From contig JADLAR010000047.1 in assembly GCA_020848155.1 (NCBI GenBank), forward strand, positions 140,419 through 204,418: a stretch of DNA of 64,000 bases, in the 5' to 3' direction. Under the pieces are notes generated by a model that saw nothing but the letters and a program-made list of their open reading frames with translations, did no database searches and was not told the origin of the DNA. This DNA comes from Candidatus Sumerlaeota bacterium. Its GTDB lineage: Bacteria; Sumerlaeota; Sumerlaeia; SLMS01. Every line of letters begins with the position of its first letter. Position 1 is the first letter of the stretch. Position numbers and translations under genes: made by a program. Positions 36,091-45,878 of this stretch are shown here, in pieces.

Positions 36091-37485
36091 ATGATGATTC
36101 CAAAGTTCATTCCGACCCTGATTCTTGCATCGCTGGCGACCATCGTCACAGCGCTTGAGCCATCCAATCCCTGCGATGGGAAGCCAACCCCGCCGAAGCA
36201 CCTCACTGCAACGGTCGAGTGCAGCCGCTGCACGAATCACCTGCTGCCGGGACGACTGTGGCCGGCTGAGGGGATTGCCTACACCATTCATTCCGACCTG
36301 CCCGAAATGTTCAGCACGTCCGGTGTGCTGTATTCAACGGAGCCGGTGCGGCCGCCGTTCACACTCAAGAGTGGCGAGCCGCTGGGCGAAGAGATGCGCC
36401 TCCAGAAGAACAATGGCTTCAAGACCATCGACGGCAATTTTGAAGTTTTTCTTTTCCATATTTCGCAACCCGGCGACGGGACAGCGCCACGTCGCATCGT
36501 GGTGTACGCGCGCAACGTCGGAAAATCGGGCGTGGCGATCACGCCGCGTCAGGTGATTGTGACCGATGGTGTCATCGGGACGAAGCATGACATGGAGAAC
36601 ACGCTGGGGCGGCGCGTCCTGTCTGAGAGTTGGGATCGGCCCCTTGGCGCCACATCCATTGAACCCGGGAAAGGCGCTGTGATCGCCTATTCCAAGCAAT
36701 TTTCGACGGGAACGAATGACGCGGACAGCAGCGCGAACGTGAATTGCCTGGGCATCGTGCGCGCCGACGTGGCCTCCAGCGAGGTGGCGGATGCACCGAA
36801 CCTGCAGGTGTTCATCGTCGCAATTCCCGCTGGCGAAACCTCAACAATGACAACGGAAGCGGAAAGTCATCTGGCAACCGGAGCGGGTTCACAGGAGGGA
36901 GTCGTGGACCTCGCATCCGAACCGAGCGGATGCCAGCTTCGCCGCGCAACCGGCGTGATGCACGGATGCATCTTCAAGAATGAACCCATTACCATCGACG
37001 TGGATCAGCTTGTGGCGAATCCCATCGCGTATCAGATGGCGCTGCCCGCCGTGCAATCGAAGGAATGCCCCGAAGCACGACAGACCGCAGACTTTCTGTT
37101 GTATCCTCCCGCGTCGCGGCCCGATTCGGTCGGCAATTACATGATGGAGTATGAGTTGCGATTGCACCTCATAAACAGGAACCCGACGGAAACACGAGTG
37201 TTTGACCTGAGGTTTGGAAAGTCGGACGCAGACGTGGGCTTGGCTTGGCAAATCGCCCCCCACTTCCTGAACATCCCCGCAGCGGAATTGAAAAAGGAAC
37301 CTGTTCGCACAGGCTGGGCGGGGCCGAAGCAGCTTGATGACCAGAATGACACGCGATCGTTCCTTGCGGAGGATGAGCAGATCATCATTGGCCCGTGCGA
37401 GGAAGACAGCGTGACGCTGAGGTTCATGATCCTGGGAAATTCATCCTTGCCGTTTCAGATTCATGCGACAGGGAAGGAACAATAA
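36091..37485 (+). CDS. Secreted hypothetical protein (465 aa), several Cys
   Basis: Signal-like N-terminus MMIPKFIPTLILASLATIVTA. Track ORF 35842..37485 runs through the tRNA and was trimmed to the ATG at 36091. No motif recognised. Confidence 0.55.
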   Translation: MMIPKFIPTLILASLATIVTALEPSNPCDGKPTPPKHLTATVECSRCTNHLLPGRLWPAEGIAYTIHSDLPEMFSTSGVLYSTEPVRPPFTLKSGEPLGEEMRLQKNNGFKTIDGNFEVFLFHISQPGDGTAPRRIVVYARNVGKSGVAITPRQVIVTDGVIGTKHDMENTLGRRVLSESWDRPLGATSIEPGKGAVIAYSKQFSTGTNDADSSANVNCLGIVRADVASSEVADAPNLQVFIVAIPAGETSTMTTEAESHLATGAGSQEGVVDLASEPSGCQLRRATGVMHGCIFKNEPITIDVDQLVANPIAYQMALPAVQSKECPEARQTADFLLYPPASRPDSVGNYMMEYELRLHLINRNPTETRVFDLRFGKSDADVGLAWQIAPHFLNIPAAELKKEPVRTGWAGPKQLDDQNDTRSFLAEDEQIIIGPCEEDSVTLRFMILGNSSLPFQIHATGKEQ

Positions 37486-37703
37486 GCAGTCATTCATCGG
37501 GGAACGCCCGTGAAAGGCGCCTAGAGGCAAGCCCGGCGCCCTCAGGGTCCCCGAATCCCGGGAATTCCATAAAACTTTGCGTTCCTGTCCCATAATGCGC
37601 AACCCACCTGTGCATTTTGGGCTTTGACGGGGCGGGACACAGCCCGCACCCTTCTGCGGCCTTTTCAGACCCCCAAAACCATCCACGGAAAACACCGCAC
37701 TCC

Positions 37704-39593
37704 ATGACGTCTCCAGATAAAATTCGCAACGTAGCGATCATCGCCCACATCGATCACGGCAAGACAACGCTGATCGATTCGATCTTCAGGGCGGCGCACG
37801 TCTTCCGCGAGAACCAGCGCGTGCAGGAACGCGTCATGGACAACAATGAATTGGAGAAGGAACGCGGCATCACGATCCGCGCGAAGAACTGCACGGTGAA
37901 CTGGAAGGATTATGTCCTGAACATCGTCGACACGCCCGGCCACGCGGACTTCTCCGGCGAGGTGGAGCGCGTACTGTGCATGGTGGATTCGGTGCTGCTC
38001 CTTGTGGATGCGAATGAAGGGCCCATGCCGCAGACGCGCTACGTGCTGATGCGGGCGCTGAAGCTTGGGCTTCGCCCCATCGTCGTGGTGAACAAGGTGG
38101 ATCGCCCGCAGGCCGACCCCAAGGATGCGCTGCACAAGACCTTCGACCTGTTCATCGAACTTGGCGCAACGGACGAGCAGATCGATTTCCCCGTGCTCTA
38201 CGGGTCAGGATTGGCAGGATGGCTGGTTCGCGACCTCGAGAAGGACAAGCACGAAGGAATGGAGCACCTTTTCGAGGCAATCATCAAGCACGTCCCTCCC
38301 CCGCAGGTGGACCTCGACGCACCCTTCCGGATGCAGATCAGCTCGCTGGCGTGGTCCGACTACATTGGCCGCATCGGGTGCGGACGCGTGCAGCAGGGCC
38401 GCCATCGAAAAGGGCAGCACTTCGTTCGCACGACAGTTCGCTGGAAGGACTACGATCGCAGCGATGACGAGTGGGATGTTGTGGCGACGCACAACGAGCG
38501 CTCCGTCCACCTTTGGGTTCAAAAGGGATTGGAACGCGAGGAAGTGGAAGAGATCGCAGCCGGAGACATCGTATGGATTTCCGGGCCGGATGAAATCAAC
38601 ATCGGCGACACCTTCAGTTCTCCCGACCTCGCGGAACCAGCAATGAAGCCGCTGGAAATCGAGGAACCGACAGTGTCCATGTTCTTCCTGGTCAACAGCG
38701 GGCCCTTCGCGGGGCAGGAAGGTCGCGCCGTGACGCTGCGCCAGGTGAAGGAACGCCTTGATCGTGAGTTGAAGACAAATGTGGCGCTACGCGTGGAAGA
38801 CCTTGGACGCCCCGACGGCGTGAAGGTTTCCGGCCGCGGTGAACTCCACCTTGGAATCCTGATCGAAGAAATGCGGCGCGAGGGAATGGAACTTTGCGTT
38901 TCCCGACCCGAAGTCATCACGCATCGCGACGCAGAGAACAACCTGCTGGAGCCGATGGAAAAGGTCGTCATCGACGTCCCGGAGGAATACCAGGGAACAG
39001 TGATCGAGAAACTGGCCCGTCGGAAAGGCGAAATGACGAACATGCACGCGACGGGAACCGGGATCGTGCGCCTGGAGTTTGACATTCCGACGCGCGGGCT
39101 GATCGGTTATCGCAGTGACTTCCTCACGGACACACGCGGCCTTGGAATCATGGCGGCGCGCTTCGTGGGCTACGGTCCCTGGCGCGGGGAAATTTCCGCG
39201 CGCAATCGCGGCTCCATGATCAGCATGGATACCGGCGAGGCGACTGCCTACACGCTGGAGAATCTGCAAATCCGCGGCCAACTCTTCGTGGCGCCGATGG
39301 AGCGCATCTATGAAGGAATGATCGTCGGCGAGCACTCACGCCCCGATGACATCAGTTGCAACCCGACGAAGAAGAAGCCCCTGACGAACCATCGTGCGTC
39401 CTCGAGCGAGGTCACCGTGCGTCTGGACGTACCGAGGACGATGACGCTGGATCAGGCCCTTGAATGGATTGCCGACGACGAGTTGGTGGAAGTCACGCCA
39501 GAAAACATCCGGGTGCGGAAGGCCATCCTGAACGCCGATGAGCGCAAGAAAAAGGAACGCGCCAAGGAAGCAATGCTGGCGGGCGCGAAGTAG
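37704..39593 (+). CDS. typA: Translational GTPase TypA/BipA
   Basis: [28 protein letters not shown] and NKVDR G-motifs; length about 630 aa. Trimmed to the ATG at 37704. Confidence 0.95.
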   Translation: MTSPDKIRNVAIIAHIDHGKTTLIDSIFRAAHVFRENQRVQERVMDNNELEKERGITIRAKNCTVNWKDYVLNIVDTPGHADFSGEVERVLCMVDSVLLLVDANEGPMPQTRYVLMRALKLGLRPIVVVNKVDRPQADPKDALHKTFDLFIELGATDEQIDFPVLYGSGLAGWLVRDLEKDKHEGMEHLFEAIIKHVPPPQVDLDAPFRMQISSLAWSDYIGRIGCGRVQQGRHRKGQHFVRTTVRWKDYDRSDDEWDVVATHNERSVHLWVQKGLEREEVEEIAAGDIVWISGPDEINIGDTFSSPDLAEPAMKPLEIEEPTVSMFFLVNSGPFAGQEGRAVTLRQVKERLDRELKTNVALRVEDLGRPDGVKVSGRGELHLGILIEEMRREGMELCVSRPEVITHRDAENNLLEPMEKVVIDVPEEYQGTVIEKLARRKGEMTNMHATGTGIVRLEFDIPTRGLIGYRSDFLTDTRGLGIMAARFVGYGPWRGEISARNRGSMISMDTGEATAYTLENLQIRGQLFVAPMERIYEGMIVGEHSRPDDISCNPTKKKPLTNHRASSSEVTVRLDVPRTMTLDQALEWIADDELVEVTPENIRVRKAILNADERKKKERAKEAMLAGAK

Positions 39594-39652
39594 GGACACT
39601 TCGCGATAGGACGTTGGCGGGATGCAGCACCGAAGACGCCAGCCCGCCGTGA

Positions 39653-40534
39653 CTACGGGGCCGGCGTGGCCTCGACGGTATTGGTGAGCGTCAGGTTCTT
39701 GGGAAGCTCGACAGTGCGGTCGGAATGGTTTTCCGACGGACGCGTGTTGGCCTTTATGATCGTTTCCTCCGCAAGCTCAGCGGAACGCGCGTCGTTTTGC
39801 GCCTCCTCCATGGCGGCTTTCGCGCGGGGATCATCACCGCGCACATATTCAATTTCACCAGCGCCGTTAAGTATTCCCACCTGAACCATGTCCATGTTCA
39901 GGTGGCCTGTCGCATTGCCATACTGGATACCCGGCCCCGTGGGAATGACCTCCGCCGCTTGATAGGGAACGTCCGGGTAGATCAAGTGACCATCGGGAGC
40001 GACTTCCGGTTCGGGAATCACCACGGCAGAGGCCCCCGTTGGTGCATTGGTCGCCCTTGCCTTGTCCTTCTCAAGGGTACTGGTGGTATAGAGGGAGAAA
40101 GCCTTGTAGCCGCCCAGAAGGACAACCAGGCCGATGGCGGCAATGATTGCCGTGCGAAATCCGTTTGGGGCTGCGGGAGCTTGGCCGGGAAGGCCGGACT
40201 CCTGCTGAAGGATTCGCGCCCCCGCGTTTCGCTCGTTGAAAGCCGCCATCATGTCCTTGTTGCCGCGGTCAATCGTGGATGCAGTTGGCGTGGGCGTGGA
40301 CGGGGCAGTGGGATTGTCGCCTTCGCGGGCTGCGGCGGCGCGGGCCGCCATGACCTCCCGCGCGCGTGGAGGCGACGCGCCTCCCCCGCCACGCTGGGGT
40401 GCGACAGGCGGTGGCGAAGCAGGCGAAGGGGCCGGCGCTTTTGCGGCGCCAGCCCCTTTCTTCTGTGCTTCGATTTTCTCATTCATGCGCCGAAGCGCTT
40501 CTGCTTTTTGATCGTTTGGGTCCGGGCTGCTCAT
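39653..40534 (-). CDS. Pro/Ala-rich single-pass membrane protein, unknown function
   Basis: Low-complexity N-terminal half (APAPSPASPPPVAPQRGGGGASPP...), TM segment TAIIAAIGLVVLLGGY and a C-terminal globular region. Lies directly downstream of the pseudopilin-like genes on the same strand. Confidence 0.45.
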   Translation of the reverse strand: MSSPDPNDQKAEALRRMNEKIEAQKKGAGAAKAPAPSPASPPPVAPQRGGGGASPPRAREVMAARAAAAREGDNPTAPSTPTPTASTIDRGNKDMMAAFNERNAGARILQQESGLPGQAPAAPNGFRTAIIAAIGLVVLLGGYKAFSLYTTSTLEKDKARATNAPTGASAVVIPEPEVAPDGHLIYPDVPYQAAEVIPTGPGIQYGNATGHLNMDMVQVGILNGAGEIEYVRGDDPRAKAAMEEAQNDARSAELAEETIIKANTRPSENHSDRTVELPKNLTLTNTVEATPAP

Positions 40535-40565
40535 GGACCACTACTCCTATGGTGCGGCCAGCCTG

Positions 40566-42287
40566 TCAATTAGGGAGAACCGGGTCCTCAGTGGCATCCG
40601 CCACATAGGTGTCACGCCAGGAGTTCTTGAGATAGGTATAGACGCCCGTTGTTGGGAAGAACGGCGGGGCCCCACCGGGAAGGACCGCGCGGAAATCCCA
40701 AAGGCTGGGACCATCCAGGCCGGCAACGAAGTTTCCGCCGCTGAAGAGCGCCCAGCTCTTTCCACGATTCTGAATGACACCGCCAAGCTTGTGGCAAAGG
40801 CCCGTGGGGCGATTGAGCATGTCTTCCGGATAGAAGGCGCCGTCCGTGGTGGAGGAGGTGCTGGATCCCGTCGCCATGACGATGCAATCCATCCGCATGG
40901 AGTTGCTCATGCTTGTGCCAACCGCTGCGTTATTCAGGTCATAGCGGGGAACAATGACTTCCTTCTCCGCAACAATGCCGAGGATGTCGTTCAATGCATA
41001 GACTTGGTTCTTAAGCGTGTCCACGTAGGCCAGATTCACATCCGCGCCGTCGCTTGTGTACAGTTCAGGGGCGTCCGAATACTTGAAATCCGCGTTCGCC
41101 TTGCGCGACTCATACTCAATGCTGCCGTCGATCTTGATGTTACCATCGCCGGAGGATGCGCTTGTCTTGAAGGCACCAATGGTAAGCTTTCCATCGATGA
41201 CCCCCTTCAGCGATTCGATGTCGCCGGTGACGATTAGCGCACCGTTGATCTCGCTGATGGTCTTCACGACCTCCGGGCCATACTGCGGAACGTTGCTGAG
41301 CTTGCCACGATACTGGCGGATCTTCAGGCGCCCGTCGTTCTGCGCGTTGGAGGGATCCTCTGCAACGATGACAAACTTCTTTCCCTTGGTGGCATCGTAG
41401 AAGGGCTGATTCGTGACGGGATCAAGATAGGACGCCAGGGAGTCGGGAAGCTTCAGGCCCGCGTTGGCGCGGAGTGCACTGGCGCGCTGGTCGACACCCA
41501 GATCCTGGGGAATGGCGATGTTGTTGATGCGTTGAAGGCCCTTGTAGAACTTCGGCTCGAACTTGTACGTGCTGTTGTAGTACTGCATGATGTTGATGCG
41601 TGTCTTGGAGGAGTTCTTGTTGTAGACCGCGCTCAGATAGGAGTTGTAGTTGGGGTAATAGAAGATGCCATCGGGAGCAGAGCCGGTGCTCTCCTCGCAG
41701 AACCAAAGATTCGGCCACAGGCCCATTCCGGAATTCACATGGAATGGCCCGAAATAGACGGCGTTGAACCCGAAGAAGTGGAGATAGCCTGAAGTCCAGA
41801 CGTCCGTCTGGTCCGTGAACTGTTCGTAGCGGGCGAAGTTCATCTGGTAGACCGTGGCTTGGACACGGCGGCTGAAGCCTCTTTCCGCGCTGGCGGTTCC
41901 CGCCTTGTAGGTGGCCGTGGACGAAATCGTCCACACAGCGTTGGCGTCAATCGTGTCCGGGAAGACCTTTACGTCCAAGTCATAATTGGTGGAATTGGGA
42001 TTGTTGAGTGTCGTCAGGGTCGTATTCGAAGAAGGCTGCGTGCCCTGAACGTTGAGCCACTCAAGACCCTGCGCGAGGCCGGATTGCGCCAGCATCAGGG
42101 CCCGTTCATGTTCAACATTTTGCAGGGTGAGCTTCCGCGCCGTGGTCATCGCGGACATGGAGTAGATGATCGAAATCCACAGAACCGTGGAGACGATCAT
42201 GACCATGACCAGGATGGAACCCTTCTTCCGGGACTTCCTCATCAGCAGGCTCTTGAACGATTGCATTGCCATGTTCCTTTCGAACAT
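40566..42287 (-). CDS. Large PilX/GspK-like minor pseudopilin-like protein (hydrophobic N-terminal helix, no Glu+5), 573 aa
   Basis: N-terminus ...RKSRKKGSILVMVMIVSTVLWISIIYSMSAM followed by LTLQNVEHERALMLAQSGLAQGLEWL (PilX_N-like). Possible starts at 42287, 42272 or 42266; AGGAA lies 7 nt before the ATG at 42266. Confidence 0.55.
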   Translation of the reverse strand: MFERNMAMQSFKSLLMRKSRKKGSILVMVMIVSTVLWISIIYSMSAMTTARKLTLQNVEHERALMLAQSGLAQGLEWLNVQGTQPSSNTTLTTLNNPNSTNYDLDVKVFPDTIDANAVWTISSTATYKAGTASAERGFSRRVQATVYQMNFARYEQFTDQTDVWTSGYLHFFGFNAVYFGPFHVNSGMGLWPNLWFCEESTGSAPDGIFYYPNYNSYLSAVYNKNSSKTRINIMQYYNSTYKFEPKFYKGLQRINNIAIPQDLGVDQRASALRANAGLKLPDSLASYLDPVTNQPFYDATKGKKFVIVAEDPSNAQNDGRLKIRQYRGKLSNVPQYGPEVVKTISEINGALIVTGDIESLKGVIDGKLTIGAFKTSASSGDGNIKIDGSIEYESRKANADFKYSDAPELYTSDGADVNLAYVDTLKNQVYALNDILGIVAEKEVIVPRYDLNNAAVGTSMSNSMRMDCIVMATGSSTSSTTDGAFYPEDMLNRPTGLCHKLGGVIQNRGKSWALFSGGNFVAGLDGPSLWDFRAVLPGGAPPFFPTTGVYTYLKNSWRDTYVADATEDPVLPN

Positions 42288-42311
42288 TTTCTCGTGTGTT
42301 GGTGGGAGGGG

Positions 42312-42908
42312 TTAGTTGCGACGGGGACGGATCGTCGTGGACAGGATCATCTTGTTGCCGGCACCGGAGTAATTGCCCATGATACGCTGCTGGGTCATGT
42401 CGCCGCGCAGCGCAATACGATACTCCGCGCCGGTGGAGACGGGGTTGCGACGCACTTCAAAGGCCGTCATGCTCCGCGCGATTTCCTGGTCCTGATCGGG
42501 ATCGGGAGCAGTTGAAGTGTCGGTGTCCTTGTAGATGCTCCCCCAGTTGCGACCCGTTGCCTTGTAATAGTAGTAGGCCACATTCTGCGTGGCCACGGGG
42601 TTTGTCATGTTCGTGATGTAAATGCAGTTGCCATTGAATGTGGTCGCTGATGGCGCGGTCAGGTAATCAGTCGCGATGGTTGCGGTTTCCGAGGAACGCA
42701 GGTCGCGCTCCAGAGACGTGATGACGAGGCCGGCCTTCTGGCGAAAGCGCGTTTCATCCGCGATATTCTTGAAGAGCACGCCGGAGACTGCCAGCACCGT
42801 GACGGTGAGGATTCCGAAAAGGGCGGCAATCGGCACGGAGATCATGACCTCCGTCAGCGTGGTGCCGCGGCGTTTGCGATCGTGCAATGAGGGAAGAAGA
42901 ATGATCAT
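42312..42908 (-). CDS. Prepilin-type N-terminal cleavage/methylation domain protein (minor pseudopilin-like)
   Basis: RKRRG|TTLTEVMISVPIAALFGILTV has Gly-1 and Glu+5 of the class III signal peptide. Start is the ATG at 42908, or the GTG at 42929 overlapping the upstream gene. Confidence 0.7.
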   Translation of the reverse strand: MIILLPSLHDRKRRGTTLTEVMISVPIAALFGILTVTVLAVSGVLFKNIADETRFRQKAGLVITSLERDLRSSETATIATDYLTAPSATTFNGNCIYITNMTNPVATQNVAYYYYKATGRNWGSIYKDTDTSTAPDPDQDQEIARSMTAFEVRRNPVSTGAEYRIALRGDMTQQRIMGNYSGAGNKMILSTTIRPRRN

Positions 42909-42919
42909 TGTTTCGCGCC

Positions 42920-43486
42920 TTACATCCACGTGAAATTCGGGCTGATATCGGTGGTCACGTTAACCGTTTGAAAGTTTTGTTCCCTGGCGAGGATTTTCCA
43001 ACGAACGGTAATCGTCACGCGCCGGAAGGACCAACTCGGGGACGATCCCACCGTGACCGTGGAAATATTGGCCGACCAGGCGGCCTCCGGAAGCTTGTTG
43101 GTAAGAACGGTCGGATCCGCGGAACTTGCAGGGTTCACGTCCTCGACGGGCAGCGTGAGCCACTGCGTGCTTGATTCGGGAATTTTCCAAATACTGTACC
43201 ACGCACCACCGGCATTGCGGCGAAGGTACTTCGGAACCGTGGTCGTGCTGTAAACAGTGTCCGCATAGGCGCTGTTCTTGAAAAGCTCTGCCAGTTCGAT
43301 GGCCTTCTGCATGGCAACTTCGCGTTGGGAAATCGTGCGATTCTGGCGCTGCATGTAGAAGACGCCCATCAGGTATCCGAGCAGAGTGATCGAAAAGATG
43401 GCGACGGCGACCAGAACTTCGACGAGGCTGAAAGCCCGGCGGCGGCTACTCGTACGCTTTCGGAATATCGTAAAGGTGGGAGTCAT
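42920..43486 (-). CDS. Prepilin-type N-terminal cleavage/methylation domain protein (PilV/GspI-like)
   Basis: SRRRA|FSLVEVLVAVAIFSITLLGYL with Glu+5. The ATG at 43486 is preceded by AAGGAAAC. Track ORF extended to 43573. Confidence 0.7.
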   Translation of the reverse strand: MTPTFTIFRKRTSSRRRAFSLVEVLVAVAIFSITLLGYLMGVFYMQRQNRTISQREVAMQKAIELAELFKNSAYADTVYSTTTVPKYLRRNAGGAWYSIWKIPESSTQWLTLPVEDVNPASSADPTVLTNKLPEAAWSANISTVTVGSSPSWSFRRVTITVRWKILAREQNFQTVNVTTDISPNFTWM

Positions 43487-43573
43487 CGTTTCCTTACTCG
43501 AAGGATGGGTCTCTGAACGAGGTGGAAAAAGGAAGAAACGTGCCAGCAGTTCCCACGAGGATTTCCAGCGCAC

Positions 43574-43603
43574 AAAATTGATTTATCTTATTTTACAAGA
43601 CTT
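43574..43603 (-). promoter_or_regulatory. AT-rich island upstream of the pseudopilin-like genes (candidate promoter, TAAAAT -10-like element on the minus strand)
   Basis: Plus strand reads cacaaaattgatttatcttattttacaagac; minus strand reads gtcttgTAAAATaagataaatcaattttgtg. It is a conspicuously AT-rich patch in a GC-rich context. The -35 element is not convincing. Confidence 0.3.
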
Positions 43604-43660
43604 GACGGGTGTGCACCGGCATTCCCCTGCCTTCTTTTTGTGCACCACCCCCTTACAGCG

Positions 43661-44866
43661 TCAGCGCAAGTATCCGCGCAATGTCTTGAGGTGGAGACGA
43701 GAACTGATGGCGGCGTGAGCCCGGGTTTCGTCACCATCCGAGATCATCCTCATCCGGGCACGAAGGGCGATGATGCCGGGCGGCAAGTTGCCAAGCTCGG
43801 CCAGTTTCACGGCGTCCTTTTCCGTGACCACGAGGTAGTCGGTACCCGATCGGCGGCGGACGCTGTCCAGCTTGAGCAGTTGCTCCTTTGTCACACGTCC
43901 ATGATCGGGAAGAATCCTGCTGCCGGTGATCTTCAGCCCGGTCGCGGTGACGCTGGCACGGACGGAATCGGGATTGGCGACGCCACAAAGGAGGAAGGCG
44001 GTCCTGCCAGCGAGGTCTTCGAGCGCAATGGCACTGCGGGAGGAAAGCTCCACGGCGGACGTGATTTCAACATTCGCACGCACCACGGGGACGGATGGTG
44101 CGGCATTCCTGACTTCGCGCAGCACCGCTTTGCGGCACTTTGATTGATTCCATCGCGTCAGCACAATCAGGTGCGCGCGGGCAAGCACCGATGGCGATTC
44201 GCGAAGCGTGCCACGTGGAAGGAGCCGCAGCGACGACAGGCGCTTTGTCGAATCGACAAGGACAATGTCGCCCTGGCGATGAAGCGCGTGATGCTGAAAC
44301 GCGTCATCAAGGACGATGGTATCGACGGAGAACTTCCTGAGGGCGTAGGTGCCGGCTTTGTGGCGATCCGCACAGGCAATGACCGGCACGTCTCCAAGTG
44401 CGCGCGCGAGCATGACGGGCTCGTCACCCGCCTCGCGCGTGGACGCGCGAAGTCCCTGGCCATCATGGACGACCATGAGTTGATCCTCGTCATCACGCCC
44501 GTAGCCGCGGGAGACGATGGCGCACTGGCGGTTTTCCCTCTTCAGATACTCCAGAAGCCAGATGCAAAACGGCGTCTTGCCCGTGCCGCCAACGCTGATG
44601 TTGCCAACGCTGAGGACAACGGCAGGCAACGCCGCACGCGGCCGCAGGCCGGCGTCGTGGAGGAAGCGATCGAGAAACGCGCCCGCCGCGTAGACGGAAC
44701 TGGCTGCGGACGCCGCAAGCTGCCCGGCGGATTCGAGTGTCGTCCTGGGCCGCTTTTGATCGGCAATTCGATTGAAGAACTCGGAAAAAATGGGACAGGA
44801 ACCTAATGCAATTGGTATCAACTGAAGATGGAAGAATCGGCCCGTGATGCAAGGCGAGAACGGCAC
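43661..44866 (-). CDS. lpxK: Tetraacyldisaccharide 4'-kinase
   Basis: P-loop VVLSVGNISVGGTGKTP and the downstream VSRGYGR motif. The start (GTG at 44866) is uncertain: the N-terminus is about 50 aa longer than E. coli LpxK. Confidence 0.85.
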   Translation of the reverse strand: MPFSPCITGRFFHLQLIPIALGSCPIFSEFFNRIADQKRPRTTLESAGQLAASAASSVYAAGAFLDRFLHDAGLRPRAALPAVVLSVGNISVGGTGKTPFCIWLLEYLKRENRQCAIVSRGYGRDDEDQLMVVHDGQGLRASTREAGDEPVMLARALGDVPVIACADRHKAGTYALRKFSVDTIVLDDAFQHHALHRQGDIVLVDSTKRLSSLRLLPRGTLRESPSVLARAHLIVLTRWNQSKCRKAVLREVRNAAPSVPVVRANVEITSAVELSSRSAIALEDLAGRTAFLLCGVANPDSVRASVTATGLKITGSRILPDHGRVTKEQLLKLDSVRRRSGTDYLVVTEKDAVKLAELGNLPPGIIALRARMRMISDGDETRAHAAISSRLHLKTLRGYLR

Positions 44867-44956
44867 GCGAAAATGACGCGGACTGTTTTTGTCCTTCTTC
44901 GGAAGGGAAAGTTGGGAGCGACGAAGGTATGGAAACGTCGCCCACAGAAACGCGTG

Positions 44957-45871
44957 CTACAGCCAAACGGCAGCGGATCTTGGCACCCGGTGCCAGTCCC
45001 AACGGACTGCAAGTTCCTCCATGCTGATTGATGCGCCACGATCGCATTGGCCCAGGGAGGCAGCCAGCGCTGAACGGAATTGTTCCATGGTGATCCCGCG
45101 CGAGAGGATGCCGCGAAGGTCATCGCTGTTCTCACGCTTGGCAAGGCGCCTGCCCTCTCCTCCATGCATCAAGGGAATGTGATGATAGGCGGGCACGGGA
45201 AGGTTGAGACACCGCAGTATCCATGACTGCCGAAGGCCGGAGTTCAGAAGATCATCCGCCCGCACGACCTCGGTTACTCCCGTGAGTGCATCATCGACAG
45301 CGCAGGCGAACTGGTAGGAGAACAGCCCGTCGGCGCGGCGTATGACGAAATCACCGCCGTCTTTCTCAAGGTCGATGGGAACACTTCCGAGGAAGTGGTC
45401 GTGAAATTCCTTCGGCGCTGCGGCAACGCGGATCCGCCAGCAATGTTGCCCGCCCGCCGCGATGCGGGAGGCAGCCTCGTCGGGCGACATCGCCGCGCAT
45501 GTTCCGGGATAGCCGGTGGTGGAAGGTCCGTGTGGCGCGGAAAGGGCCTCGGCAACGTCCCTGCGGGAACAAAAGCAGGGATAGACGTCCCCCGCCTTCC
45601 TGAGCCGGAGGAAATAGTTTGTATAGATGTCTATACGGTCACCCTGGCGGACAGGCTCCCCGTCCCAGTCAATACCGAGCTCCCCAAGGTCGCGGAGTTG
45701 ACGCGCCTCCAGTTCCGGCCTGCAACGTGGACGGTCGATGTCCTCGATGCGCATGAGGAAGCGCAGGCCCTTCGCACGCGCCGATGCCCATGCGGCCATG
45801 GCCGTGCGCAGGTTCCCCGCGTGAAGCAGGCCGGTTGGCGATGGCGCATAGCGCCCTGCGCCCACGGCCAC
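44957..45871 (-). CDS. gluQ: Glutamyl-Q tRNA(Asp) synthetase (truncated GluRS paralogue)
   Basis: GRYAPSPTGLLHAGNLRTA (HIGH-type class I motif), RIEDIDRPR, about 300 aa with no anticodon-binding domain. Proposed in-frame GTG start at 45871 lies 7 nt after the upstream TGA. The track start at 45958 would overlap the upstream gene by 80 nt. Confidence 0.8.
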   Translation of the reverse strand: MAVGAGRYAPSPTGLLHAGNLRTAMAAWASARAKGLRFLMRIEDIDRPRCRPELEARQLRDLGELGIDWDGEPVRQGDRIDIYTNYFLRLRKAGDVYPCFCSRRDVAEALSAPHGPSTTGYPGTCAAMSPDEAASRIAAGGQHCWRIRVAAAPKEFHDHFLGSVPIDLEKDGGDFVIRRADGLFSYQFACAVDDALTGVTEVVRADDLLNSGLRQSWILRCLNLPVPAYHHIPLMHGGEGRRLAKRENSDDLRGILSRGITMEQFRSALAASLGQCDRGASISMEELAVRWDWHRVPRSAAVWL

Positions 45872-45878
45872 GATGTGA

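Noticed and set aside
43604-43615. 12-mer GACGGGTGTGCA shared between the pseudopilin upstream region (43604-43615) and the hairpin at 50736-50747
   Set aside because: A single 12-nt coincidence between two sites is roughly what chance would give across the few kb of intergenic sequence in the window. No third copy was noticed, so it is not treated as a repeat family or regulatory motif.
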